A stretch of 31,245 bases of DNA from a virus (taxonomy: Duplodnaviria; Caudoviricetes): positions 1-31,245 of the IMG/VR virus record IMGVR_UViG_3300037589_000202, one strand, 5' to 3'. Below the pieces are notes generated by a model. That model had not been told where the DNA came from, made no database searches, and saw nothing but the letters and a program-made list of their open reading frames with translations. Numbering within the stretch: the first letter of the stretch is position 1; every line of letters starts with the position of its first letter. Below are positions 16,559 through 25,796 of the stretch, one piece after another. The translations under genes and the position numbers were made by a program.

Positions 16559-16999
16559 TTACACGTCTTTCTCGTTTGCTAAGTGATTAATAAATTCATC
16601 TGACAGCTCTAATAGGTCCATCATTGCGCTACCGTGGTTCTGTTGCACGTAGTCCATAAATTCAGTAAACACTTCGACATACACGTGCAAAGGGTTATTA
16701 GATAAAGCCTCTATCTCTTTTCTAATTGTTGATTTAGCATCACTGAGAGCCTTGTTTGGTACTCCGTTGTGATTCTCTACAATTTCCTCATTTATTGCTT
16801 TAAGCTGGGCGTATGAATCTTTTAACAAACTAGCCCTGGTGATGCTTTGTGTTTCCTTTTCTACATCCCATCCATATTTGGTTATCCATGCCGATAATGT
16901 TTTAGCAGTGCATGGAACTTTTTCTGCAATTTCCTTCCTGTTGAAGTTGGACTTCAAGTAGTAGCTTTTGGCTTTTTTTTGGCGTGCTGTATAATTCAT
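16559..16999 (-). CDS. terS: Terminase small subunit (HTH, DUF1804-like)
   Basis: RKEIAEKVPCTAKTLSAWITKYGW HTH, directly upstream of terL. Confidence 0.8.
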   Translation of the reverse strand: MNYTARQKKAKSYYLKSNFNRKEIAEKVPCTAKTLSAWITKYGWDVEKETQSITRASLLKDSYAQLKAINEEIVENHNGVPNKALSDAKSTIRKEIEALSNNPLHVYVEVFTEFMDYVQQNHGSAMMDLLELSDEFINHLANEKDV

Positions 17000-17161
17000 A
17001 TTGATACAAATTTGCGTAACAATTATGCGGAATAAAAAAACACTATCCTAGCTTGTAAAAATATGACACAATGTCAGTATAAAAATTATACAATCAAGGT
17101 TTTTCAGTTTTTATTTAAAATATTTCTGTCCCAAATTCGCAGTGTAGAAAGATACAAACAA
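17000..17161. promoter_or_regulatory. Divergent late promoter region
   Basis: CAAATTTG (17007-17014) and CAAATTCG (17132-17139) -7-like boxes flank a central dyad TGACA-CAA-TGTCA (17064-17076). Confidence 0.55.
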
Positions 17162-18049
17162 ATGAAAACATTCCTTTTATCAGACGGCTCAACAAATTCT
17201 TACGGGTTTAGATTAGATATGACAAAACTGCAGTTAGAGAGATTTAAATCTAATCCAGTTATGCTCTATAATCATGGTGAATTAATAGGTAAATGGGACA
17301 ATATAAAAGTAGAGGATGGTAAACTTATGGCTGAGCCTGTGTTTATGGAATCAGAAAACGAGAAGCTTTCACGCCAGACTAAAGAAAGAGTTGAAAACGA
17401 CTTTTTAAAAGGTGCTTCCTTGGGCCTTAACTTAATAAGTGTTTTGCATGTTGAGGGAGAGCCTCCTATAGTTGAGGCAGAGGTGTATGAATGTTCCATT
17501 GTAGATATCCCTTCGAATAAAAATGCTATTGTGCTTTACAACGATGAAGGACAAAGATTAGAGGGAGAAGCCTTGAATCTTGCTTTGAAACCAATCAAGA
17601 AAAACAAACCAAAAAATAAAACAGAGATGAAATTGAATGCTGACAACATCAAAGGCTTAGGCTTAAGTGCCGGAGCAAACGAAACAGAGACCAACCAAGC
17701 TATTGCTGATCTTATTTCGAAAAATGCGGAATTAACCGCTAAAGTTGATACCGCCCAAAAAGAAAAGATTACTGATTTAATCAATTTAGGTATCAGAGAA
17801 GGTAGAATTACTGCTGAAAAAAAGGAAACTTACGAAAAATTGGCTGCTACGGATTATGACTTAGCTAAGTCTGCAATCATGAGCTTTCCAAAGAAGAAAA
17901 CTTTGGCTGGAAAAGAAGAAGAAAAAGGAGGAGGATCAGATGATAGATCTAATTGGACATTCAAAGAGTGGCGAGAAAAAGACACAGTAGGATTGCTTTC
18001 AATCAAAAGTTCGGACCCGGATAGATATGCGGAAATCTTGAAGAAATAA
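17162..18049 (+). CDS. Prohead protease with C-terminal scaffold domain
   Basis: NSYGFR...FKSNPVMLYNH...IGKW; LKGASLG; ECSIVDIPSNKNA; ATG at 17162 preferred over 17063. Confidence 0.88.
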   Translation: MKTFLLSDGSTNSYGFRLDMTKLQLERFKSNPVMLYNHGELIGKWDNIKVEDGKLMAEPVFMESENEKLSRQTKERVENDFLKGASLGLNLISVLHVEGEPPIVEAEVYECSIVDIPSNKNAIVLYNDEGQRLEGEALNLALKPIKKNKPKNKTEMKLNADNIKGLGLSAGANETETNQAIADLISKNAELTAKVDTAQKEKITDLINLGIREGRITAEKKETYEKLAATDYDLAKSAIMSFPKKKTLAGKEEEKGGGSDDRSNWTFKEWREKDTVGLLSIKSSDPDRYAEILKK

Positions 18050-18078
18050 ATTAAAAAAACCACAAATAAACTAGAAAA

Positions 18079-18954
18079 ATGGCAGGATTAAATAAAGAAA
18101 TTTGGTTACCAGAGTTGATGGAAGGCTTTTATGCAGAAGACAACTTTCTTAATGAGGCAAGAGATATGAGTGCTTTTGTTGAGAATGATAAAATCAATTT
18201 AGCAGATGCGGGTGTTAACCCAGATGTGTTGGTAAACAATTCAACGTACCCTATTGGAATATCAGAGAGATCAGATGTGCCTTTGGCTCTTGAGTTAGAT
18301 ATGTACGACACAAAGAACACTCTTTTGCGTAATGCTGAGGCGGCAGAATTAGCATACGACAAAAGATCAAGTGTATTGTACGGACACAGGCAAGCCCTGA
18401 AAATGAAGTTTTTGGAGAAAGCGGCACACCAGTTTGCTCCTTCAACAAATAGTGCAAACACTCCAGTTTTGGAAACTACTGGTTCCGACAATGGATTAGG
18501 TTTTAAAAGCATCACTTTCGAAGACATATTGACTTTGGAAGGGAAGTTTGATGAAGCTGAAATTCCAAGCGAAGGAAGGGTTTTGGTTTTGAGCGCTACA
18601 CATAAAGCAGAACTGAGAAAGGCAGATTTAAAACTTTACACCTCTGTGTTTTCAAGCGAGAATACTTATGGTGGGTTTAAGATTTATACTCTGGCTTCAA
18701 AGAGAATGCCGGTGTACAACAAAACAACGAAGACAAAGGTGGCTTATGGAGCGGCTGCAGCACCTTCAACTGACACTACTTGTTCATTTGCGTTTCATAA
18801 GGATGAAGTGATGAGAGCAAAAGGATCGCTTGACATGTTCGAGAGATTAAAAGATCCAGAATCAAGAGGAGATGTAATTGGATTCCAAATGAGAGGTTTG
18901 GCAATGCCAATAAGAGGCATCGGCTGCGGTGCGATTGTAGCGGTAAGCGCATAA
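18079..18954 (+). CDS. Major capsid protein
   Basis: 291 aa directly after protease/scaffold; MAGLNKEIW start; FDEAEIPSEGRVLVL motif. Confidence 0.85.
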   Translation: MAGLNKEIWLPELMEGFYAEDNFLNEARDMSAFVENDKINLADAGVNPDVLVNNSTYPIGISERSDVPLALELDMYDTKNTLLRNAEAAELAYDKRSSVLYGHRQALKMKFLEKAAHQFAPSTNSANTPVLETTGSDNGLGFKSITFEDILTLEGKFDEAEIPSEGRVLVLSATHKAELRKADLKLYTSVFSSENTYGGFKIYTLASKRMPVYNKTTKTKVAYGAAAAPSTDTTCSFAFHKDEVMRAKGSLDMFERLKDPESRGDVIGFQMRGLAMPIRGIGCGAIVAVSA

Positions 18955-18971
18955 TATTTGGGTAGATCCCT

Positions 18972-19002
18972 GAAAGCCCTCGCAATACCAGCGAGGGCTT
19001 TC
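18972..19002 (+). other. Strong stem-loop after the capsid gene (stabiliser or partial terminator)
   Basis: GAAAGCCCTCGC-AATACCA-GCGAGGGCTTTC, 12-bp stem, no long U-tract. Confidence 0.7.
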
Positions 19003-19051
19003 GGTGGCAAAAGACGTGCCGAACGTATTTTCGGAAATTTTAAAGAAAACT

Positions 19052-19840
19052 ATGAAAAATTTACTTGTATTAATTATGGCGTTTGCTTTCAGTTTTACTG
19101 GAATCTCTTGCTTAACACCACCACGTATGGAAATAGAAACTTTTGCTCCATTTATAAAATCAATTGAACAGTTGGAGTTTCCGTCCCAGGAATACTTCAA
19201 AGAAGTAACAAATAAAACTCAGGTTTGTTTGCATCATACAGCATCTGGAAAAGGCGTAAAAGGAGACTATAATCAGTTTTTAAAACCAGGGCACATAGCC
19301 ACGCCAATCATTGTGGGACACGATAAGGTTTATCAGCTTTTTAGCTCCAAGTATTGGGGTTATCATTTAGGGGTTGATGAAGACACATTTTATTCTAAAG
19401 GTTTAAAGTACCAGAGGCTTGATAAATTAGCGATTGGATTAGAGATTGATAATTGGGGGCCTCTTAGAGTTATAGATGATGAATACAGAGCTTGGCCGAA
19501 TAAGTTCGGCACAGGGAGTAAAAGAGATAAAGCCGGCAAAAGAATTAAAGTAGTAATTGATCCTAATGAAGTAGTTACTTATGCTCACGAGTTTAGAGGT
19601 TATGAACACTATCAAAAATACACAAAGTTTCAAATTGATAGCACAGCAACCTTGTTGCGATACTGGAACCAAGTCTACGGCATTCCTTTAAACTATTCAG
19701 ATGATATATGGGATGTGAGCAGCAGGGCTTTAAAAGGAGATCCAGGAGTTTATACTCATGTAAGTTATAGATCAGATAAAAGTGATTGCCATCCTCAACC
19801 CGAGCTTATTGAAATGCTAACGGGGCTAACCGGGTGCTGA
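19052..19840 (+). CDS. Endolysin, N-acetylmuramoyl-L-alanine amidase (Amidase_2) with N-terminal signal-like sequence
   Basis: CLHHTAS, IGLEIDN, YTKFQIDS, YTHVSYRSDKSD zinc-amidase motifs; ATG at 19052. Confidence 0.85.
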   Translation: MKNLLVLIMAFAFSFTGISCLTPPRMEIETFAPFIKSIEQLEFPSQEYFKEVTNKTQVCLHHTASGKGVKGDYNQFLKPGHIATPIIVGHDKVYQLFSSKYWGYHLGVDEDTFYSKGLKYQRLDKLAIGLEIDNWGPLRVIDDEYRAWPNKFGTGSKRDKAGKRIKVVIDPNEVVTYAHEFRGYEHYQKYTKFQIDSTATLLRYWNQVYGIPLNYSDDIWDVSSRALKGDPGVYTHVSYRSDKSDCHPQPELIEMLTGLTGC

Positions 19841-19866
19841 TTAAACAGGGATTAAATAGGTATTAA

Positions 19867-20247
19867 ATGGGAATTTGGGAAATAATTATATCCACTAGTG
19901 TCCTTGGTTTATTTGGCAAGGAGCTGGTAAATGTAATTTTCAATAAGCGCAGAAAAACTGCGGACGTAGATTCTATTGAGATTCAAAATGAATCGGCAGA
20001 ACTCCGCAACGCTTTTGATGCAGCTAAAATGTGGCGAGAGAATGCTGAGGCCTTTCAAAAACAATTGACACTGAGCATAGAGGCTGATGCTCAAAAGAGC
20101 AAAGAGATGTCAGAGTTAATTAAAGAGGTGGCTGAGTTAAAGCGAATCACTGAAGATCAAACAAAAGAGATTGTCAAGCTTGAAACGAAAATGCAAAACC
20201 TGTCAAGAGAGAACAAAAAGTTAATTCAAAAGCTAAATGAATCGTGA
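19867..20247 (+). CDS. Putative holin-like lysis protein (N-terminal hydrophobic segment plus coiled coil)
   Basis: Follows the endolysin; IWEIIISTSVLGLFG, basic KRRK, long coiled coil. Confidence 0.5.
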   Translation: MGIWEIIISTSVLGLFGKELVNVIFNKRRKTADVDSIEIQNESAELRNAFDAAKMWRENAEAFQKQLTLSIEADAQKSKEMSELIKEVAELKRITEDQTKEIVKLETKMQNLSRENKKLIQKLNES

Positions 20248-20579
20248 GAAATACTATTGAAAATATCATCATAGCGCTTGTTGTATTTATAGTAGGCGCC
20301 ACAACTGGAGGAGTTATCGGTTATTATGCCTCACTTAATACTACAAAAGCTGTAGTTGAGCTTCAAAAAGAAACGATTGAGAAAGCTATTGCTAAAGAGA
20401 CCAACAGTATTAAGAATGTAATAACAAACACATTTGAAAAAAAAGCATTTAAAAAAGGCGAAAATGTAACTCTCAACATAGACTCGGATGCTTCAGGATC
20501 CTTTCAAATAGATTCAGTAGATAATCCGGTCGAGAAAAAAAGAAAAAGATTTTTTAACAGACTACTAAAAAACAAATAA
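20244..20579 (+). CDS. Single-TM lysis-cassette protein (spanin-like?)
   Basis: TM helix IIIALVVFIVGATTGGVIGYY; basic C-terminus; GTGA coupling. Confidence 0.45.
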   Translation: MRNTIENIIIALVVFIVGATTGGVIGYYASLNTTKAVVELQKETIEKAIAKETNSIKNVITNTFEKKAFKKGENVTLNIDSDASGSFQIDSVDNPVEKKRKRFFNRLLKNK

Positions 20580-20580
20580 C

Positions 20581-20937
20581 ATGTCAAACGAAAGTTTAAT
20601 AAAAGCGGCTAAAGAAGTATTTAAAGCGCATCCATCCGAAGACTCAATCCTTGCAACTACAGACGGCAACTATTTTTTAATTGGTGCCCGTTGCTTAGCA
20701 AATGATCATGCTCGAAAAGTGGGTGCTGAAGTTATCACAATTATGAAAAATGGCAGTTTAGCAACTGAAGAGGATACCAGTTCCTCTGAAGAGGCTTTTG
20801 ATGCTTACACAGTAAAGGAGCTTAAAGCTTACGCTGAATCAAACGAGATTACTCTTACAAAGACCAAAAAGTCTGAAATTATTGAGGAAATCATGTTTGC
20901 GAAAAAAGAAACTGCTGGAGTAAACGAAGAAGAATAA
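20581..20937 (+). CDS. Hypothetical protein with C-terminal HeH/Rho-N-like motif
   Basis: YTVKELKAYAESNEITLTKTKKSEIIEEI. Confidence 0.6.
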   Translation: MSNESLIKAAKEVFKAHPSEDSILATTDGNYFLIGARCLANDHARKVGAEVITIMKNGSLATEEDTSSSEEAFDAYTVKELKAYAESNEITLTKTKKSEIIEEIMFAKKETAGVNEEE

Positions 20938-20958
20938 AAATCATTTTAAATATTTCAA

Positions 20959-22152
20959 ATGAACGATATTGTAATAAATAAAGTAAATGGCGGCCTAGGC
21001 CGTAGAGAAGAGTCTCAAGACGGAGTCAGCGGGCTTTTAGCAAATGGAGTAGCTGTTGTTGGTGGTGTTCAATTGGACACTGTCTACAGGCTTAGTTCAA
21101 TAGCAGATGCGGTCGCATTATTAATCACACAAGCTTATGATGAGTCCAATAAAGTATTGGTTTATGAGCATATTAACGAGTTTTTTAGAGTAAATCCGAA
21201 CGGAGATTTATATTTGATGCTTGTTGCACAATCTGTCTCATTTAAGGATATGCTTGATAAGTCAAATCAAAACGCAAAAAAGCTTTTGATGGAAGGACAG
21301 GGAAAAATTAAGCAGTTGGCGGTAGCATATAATCCTGTTACAGCTGTTACAAATTTCACTCCGGCTTCTGATGCTATTTCTAAGGCTCAAGAATTAGCTA
21401 ACGAAGAATACTCAGAGCACAGACCTGTGCAGATTTTGCTGGAAGGAAAAGGTTTCGACATTGCTTCGCCAGTCGATTTTAGGACTTTAAACTCTAAAAA
21501 CGTTAGCGTAATGATAGGCCAAGCACTTTCGATTAGAAACAAAGTAGTGAGCTCAACCTCTCCTTTCGAAACTTATGCAGCAGTAGGAACTCTTTTGGGA
21601 GCAGTTTCAATAGCTGCTGTCAATCAAAATATAGGTTGGATAAACAACTTTAATGTTTTGGGAGGTTCATTAGCTTCTCCAGGTATTTCAGGTAAAGTGT
21701 TTACACAGATTGCCAACGGAACTGTTGAAACTTTGAATGACAACGGATCTATATTCTTTAGAACCCATACTGGTATTGCCGGAATTTATTTTAATGATAG
21801 CCATACCTGTACAAGTGTAACGGAGGATTTTGCTTACATCGAAAATAACAGGACTATTGACAAAGCCATAGCTTTAATTAGAACCGCCTTATTACCAAAA
21901 TTAAATTCACCAATTTCAGTGGATTCTAGCACAGGAAAATTGTCGCCAGAAGTAATAAAAAGCTATGAGGTAGATGGAGTTAAGGCTTTGGAGACAATGC
22001 TGAGTGCAAATGAAATTTCTGATTTTGATGTGTATGTAGATCCAAATCAGAATATACTTTCTTCTTCTGAATTGAAAGTTAAGTTCCAAATAGTTCCTAC
22101 TGGAACAGCCAGAAAAATTAATGTAACAATTGGATTTACAAATCCATTTTAA
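20959..22152 (+). CDS. Contractile tail sheath protein (DUF2586-like)
   Basis: GGLGRR; GIYFNDSHT...DFAYIENNRTIDKA; VDPNQNIL...VPTGTARKINVTIGF. Confidence 0.88.
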   Translation: MNDIVINKVNGGLGRREESQDGVSGLLANGVAVVGGVQLDTVYRLSSIADAVALLITQAYDESNKVLVYEHINEFFRVNPNGDLYLMLVAQSVSFKDMLDKSNQNAKKLLMEGQGKIKQLAVAYNPVTAVTNFTPASDAISKAQELANEEYSEHRPVQILLEGKGFDIASPVDFRTLNSKNVSVMIGQALSIRNKVVSSTSPFETYAAVGTLLGAVSIAAVNQNIGWINNFNVLGGSLASPGISGKVFTQIANGTVETLNDNGSIFFRTHTGIAGIYFNDSHTCTSVTEDFAYIENNRTIDKAIALIRTALLPKLNSPISVDSSTGKLSPEVIKSYEVDGVKALETMLSANEISDFDVYVDPNQNILSSSELKVKFQIVPTGTARKINVTIGFTNPF

Positions 22153-22168
22153 AAAAAAATAGATTAAA

Positions 22169-22603
22169 ATGAGCAAACCATTGATTAACGGAACCCGACA
22201 CAGTTGGGGAAGTATAAAGACTAACCTGTTGGGGAGAACAGTTTCAGGAATTAGCGCTGTTTCTTATGAAGACAAGCAGGAAAAGGTGAACAACTATGGA
22301 GCTGGCAACATGCCTACTTCCAGAGGCAGAGGTAAGTATGAGGCAACTGCTAAAATGACCCTAGATGCTTATGAAGTAGATGCAATTACCAGGTCTGTTG
22401 TTGCAAGCGGACAAGGTACAAGGATTCAGGACATCGCTCCTTTTGACGTGATTGTATCTTATTTACCGGAAGGAAGTGATGGATTGGTTACTCATGTATT
22501 GAGGAACTGCGAGTTTACTTCCAACAAAAGAGACCTAAAGCAAGGTGACACCAGGATTGAATCAGAGTACGAATTAATACTTTCCCACATCGATTGGGCA
22601 TAA
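22169..22603 (+). CDS. Tail tube protein
   Basis: LINGTRHSWGSI; YGAGNMPTSRGRGKYEA; LRNCEF; directly after the sheath. Confidence 0.85.
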   Translation: MSKPLINGTRHSWGSIKTNLLGRTVSGISAVSYEDKQEKVNNYGAGNMPTSRGRGKYEATAKMTLDAYEVDAITRSVVASGQGTRIQDIAPFDVIVSYLPEGSDGLVTHVLRNCEFTSNKRDLKQGDTRIESEYELILSHIDWA

Positions 22604-22612
22604 ATAAAAAAC

Positions 22613-22924
22613 ATGAAAAAACCTACCCAAACACAAATTAAGCAATGGAAAGCCGAGCACGGTGAAATTCATCAAATTGATATACCACTCGATGATAAAG
22701 GCACAATTGCTACAGCTTACGTAAAGAAACCAGATCTTACAATAATAGCAGCGTCAGCAAAATATGCGGAAACCGACCCTATTAAATCGGGTTTGATAAT
22801 GCTTAACTCCTGTTGGATTGATGGAGATAAAGCCATTATGGAGAATGACGAAGCAAAACTTAGCGCCATTCGTGAGTTGGGGAAACTCTTTAAGGTGAGG
22901 GTTTCTACCATAAAAAAGCTGTAA
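22613..22924 (+). CDS. Tail assembly chaperone (G)
   Basis: QIKQWKAEHG; CWIDGD; between tube and tape measure; ends in the slippery A AAA AAG. Confidence 0.85.
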   Translation: MKKPTQTQIKQWKAEHGEIHQIDIPLDDKGTIATAYVKKPDLTIIAASAKYAETDPIKSGLIMLNSCWIDGDKAIMENDEAKLSAIRELGKLFKVRVSTIKKL

Positions 22925-23139
22925 GCTCTGGACTGATAGACACCGAAGACGGAGCCGATGATATACAAAAAGGTGCAGCCTTAATTCGTAGTGAGTTTTC
23001 AGTTGATCCCTACAAATTAAATGACAATGAATTTACTAAACTTTTGTGCGAAGCTTTATGGATAAAGCAATTTGAGCAAAAACAAATGGAGCAAGCGGTG
23101 CTTAAGGCACTAAGTGTAGCTTTTGGAAACAAAGAATAA
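22912..23139 (+). CDS. Tail assembly chaperone -1 frameshift extension (GT product, about 175 aa from 22613)
   Basis: A AAA AAG at 22912-22918; -1 frame open for 73 codons (AVSSGLIDTEDG...ALSVAFGNKE) to TAA 23137-23139, just before the tape measure ATG. Confidence 0.85.
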   Translation, partial: KKAVSSGLIDTEDGADDIQKGAALIRSEFSVDPYKLNDNEFTKLLCEALWIKQFEQKQMEQAVLKALSVAFGNKE

Positions 23140-23142
23140 GCA

Positions 23143-25149
23143 ATGGCGGGAGCAGCAATAGACATAGAAATTACTGGAGATGCACTCAAAGTTTTAAAAG
23201 AGCTCCAGGCACAATTTGGAAACCTCAATAAAAAAGTTGATGATATTGAGAAAGAAACGAAAGCTTCGTTTGCTGGAATCAAGAAATCAATTGCGTCAGT
23301 ATCTTTGGTTAGTATTACTCAGGGATTTGAAAATTTTAAAAATACATTAGCCTCAGTAAACGCTCCAGGACTCGAGTTCGAATCTCAGATGGCGGAGCTA
23401 GAGGCTATTACTGGAATCACAGGTGACGCATTAGAACACCTCGGAGATAAAGCCCGAAAGAATGCAAAAGAATTTGGAGGAGATGCAGGTAAATCTGTAG
23501 AAACATACAAACTTTTATTATCTCAATTAAATCCAGAATTAGCAAAATCCCCGGACATACTAAGCGGTATGGCAGACAGTGTTTCTGTTCTTTCAAAAAC
23601 TATGGGCGGAGACACTACTGGGGCGGTTGAAGTATTGACAACTGCAATGAATCAGTATGGGGTGTCATTAGATAATCCAATCGCTGCTCAACAGGAGCTA
23701 AACAGAATGATGAATGCAATGAGTGCTGGAGCCAAAGAGGGATCTGCTGAATTGCCAGCATTGAAAGCCGCGATACAAAATGTAGGTGGAGATGCAAAAA
23801 GCTCTGGAGTTCAGTTTGAAGGAATGGTAAGTGCTATTGAGTTATTGGATAAGGCCGGTAAAAAAGGAGCTGAAGGTGGAATTGCATTAAGAAACACAAT
23901 TGCATCGCTTAACCAGGGGCGTTTCTTACCAAAGGAGGTTCAGTCAGAATTGCTTATAGCTGGAATTAACATTGAGCAGTTAAGCGACAAATCTTTAAGC
24001 TTAACGGATAGACTGAGAGGATTGAATCCAATCGTGGATGATGCCGCTTTGCTTTCTAAATTATTTGGAAAGGAAAACAAATTGGCTGCTGAAGCTTTGA
24101 TAAGAAGTACAGACGAGCAGGATAAAATGACTGCCGCAATCACGAATACCAATACAGCGACAGAGCAAGCTAACATCATAATGGGCACAAGAGCTGAGGG
24201 ATTAGGCAGAATTAATGCTTGGTTCGATGATATTAAAATTAGCATTAGTGATGTTACTGGTTCATTCATTCCGTTTATGGAAATAGGTTTTGGTGCTTTA
24301 CAAGGATTAAGTACAATTGTCCCTGCAATTAGAGCTATAACAATTGCTGTTCAGTATTTAAGTGTAGCAGAGAACAGATTGTTAATGATTCAGAAATTGA
24401 GAGCTACTTGGACGGGAATATTGAGTGCTGCCACTCAAATTTGGACTGCTGTGCAATGGTCATTGAATATTGCAATGACTGCCAATCCAATAGGTTTAAT
24501 AATTGTCGCAATCGCTGGTCTTGTTTCCGCAGTTTTGTGGATTACAGACAGCTTTTCGGTTTTCGGTGAATTCTTTGTTGGGTTTTGGAATAACCTAAAA
24601 GAATGGTTTTGGGTGTTGGTTGATTTTTGGGCAACCTATCTAAATCCATTTGGCTGGTTGATTGAGTTGGTGGACTATGTTTTCCCTGGCATGAAAGATA
24701 AAATATTTGGTTTTTTTGGCGATTTATGGGACGGTATATATTCATTGTTCGTCCAACCATTTGTAGATGCTTGGAACTGGATTGCTGGAGCTCTAGGGTT
24801 TGGCGGAGAAGACCCTCCGGAGCTAAAAGCAAGTGTAGAACACACTGTGGAAAACAAACAAGAGGTAGCGAAAGATTTGAAAGCGTCAGGTTACGACAGC
24901 AACATGCCTTTAGTACAAGCTAGTGGAAATAATGGAAACAAGACTAGTGCGTCAGGGTCAGGTGGAAAAAAAGACAAAGGAGCGGGGTTTGCAAGTGCTG
25001 AGAAAAAAGAAGTAAATACCACCATCGAGTATTTGGTAAAAAACTTAACAATACAGACTTCTAATTTAAAGGAGTCTCCAGCCAAGATAAGACAATTGAT
25101 AAGCGAAGCCTTAATTGGTGGAGTTAGACAGTTTGAAGCAGCGATATAA
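23143..25149 (+). CDS. Tail tape measure protein (TP901-like core)
   Basis: FESQMAELEAITG; GAEGGIALRN; LFGKEN; ANPIGLII; Trp/Phe-periodic helices. Confidence 0.92.
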   Translation: MAGAAIDIEITGDALKVLKELQAQFGNLNKKVDDIEKETKASFAGIKKSIASVSLVSITQGFENFKNTLASVNAPGLEFESQMAELEAITGITGDALEHLGDKARKNAKEFGGDAGKSVETYKLLLSQLNPELAKSPDILSGMADSVSVLSKTMGGDTTGAVEVLTTAMNQYGVSLDNPIAAQQELNRMMNAMSAGAKEGSAELPALKAAIQNVGGDAKSSGVQFEGMVSAIELLDKAGKKGAEGGIALRNTIASLNQGRFLPKEVQSELLIAGINIEQLSDKSLSLTDRLRGLNPIVDDAALLSKLFGKENKLAAEALIRSTDEQDKMTAAITNTNTATEQANIIMGTRAEGLGRINAWFDDIKISISDVTGSFIPFMEIGFGALQGLSTIVPAIRAITIAVQYLSVAENRLLMIQKLRATWTGILSAATQIWTAVQWSLNIAMTANPIGLIIVAIAGLVSAVLWITDSFSVFGEFFVGFWNNLKEWFWVLVDFWATYLNPFGWLIELVDYVFPGMKDKIFGFFGDLWDGIYSLFVQPFVDAWNWIAGALGFGGEDPPELKASVEHTVENKQEVAKDLKASGYDSNMPLVQASGNNGNKTSASGSGGKKDKGAGFASAEKKEVNTTIEYLVKNLTIQTSNLKESPAKIRQLISEALIGGVRQFEAAI

Positions 25150-25796
25150 TGAATAAAAAATTTACTATACCAGAGTTATTAAGTGTAGCGGGGATTAGAG
25201 GATATTCTCCTCGTCTTTCTGATGCAATTAACTCCTTGGCTACCACTGATAGCCAATTGGAGTATACGAAAGCGTTAGAGGTTGCTACTGCTGAAATAAG
25301 CGGTTATACAAATGTAGAGTCATACAGCCCCGAGTCCGCGAATTTAGGTTACAACTCTCAAAATCATTTTGAGGGCTTGCCCATATACCTGCCTCTCGTA
25401 CTAGAGCCATTGAAACCGAATGGAAATGAATTGGTTTTGGAAAGTGCGATTGTAGAAATAAATAGGACTAAAAACATTGTTTCAACTGTCGTTCAAGGAA
25501 GGGATACTTCTGTAAAGGAATTTATTAATAATGGCGACTTTAACATCACTGTAAGCGGGTTGATTTGCAATAAAGGCGCAGGTTATCCCAAGCAAAAAGT
25601 AAAGCAGCTGGAAGGTTATTTGTCAGCAAAAACAAGTATTAAAATCACTCATGAATTAATGAATTTACTGGGAGTTGGTGAAATTGTGATTACAGATTAT
25701 AGCTTACCGTACACGCCTTTTATGAATATGCAAGCTTATAGTTTTAATGCTATGAGCGATGACCCTATAGAATTAACTATAAGCGAAACATTGTGA
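25149..25796 (+). CDS. Tube initiator/baseplate protein (DUF6046-like)
   Basis: KNIVSTVVQGRDTSVKEFINNGDFNITVSG; C-terminal AMSD. Confidence 0.75.
   Translation: MNKKFTIPELLSVAGIRGYSPRLSDAINSLATTDSQLEYTKALEVATAEISGYTNVESYSPESANLGYNSQNHFEGLPIYLPLVLEPLKPNGNELVLESAIVEINRTKNIVSTVVQGRDTSVKEFINNGDFNITVSGLICNKGAGYPKQKVKQLEGYLSAKTSIKITHELMNLLGVGEIVITDYSLPYTPFMNMQAYSFNAMSDDPIELTISETL

Noticed and set aside
17063-17161. N-terminal extension of the protease from ATG 17063
   Set aside because: Overlaps the divergent promoter region; the recognisable protease sequence begins at ATG 17162
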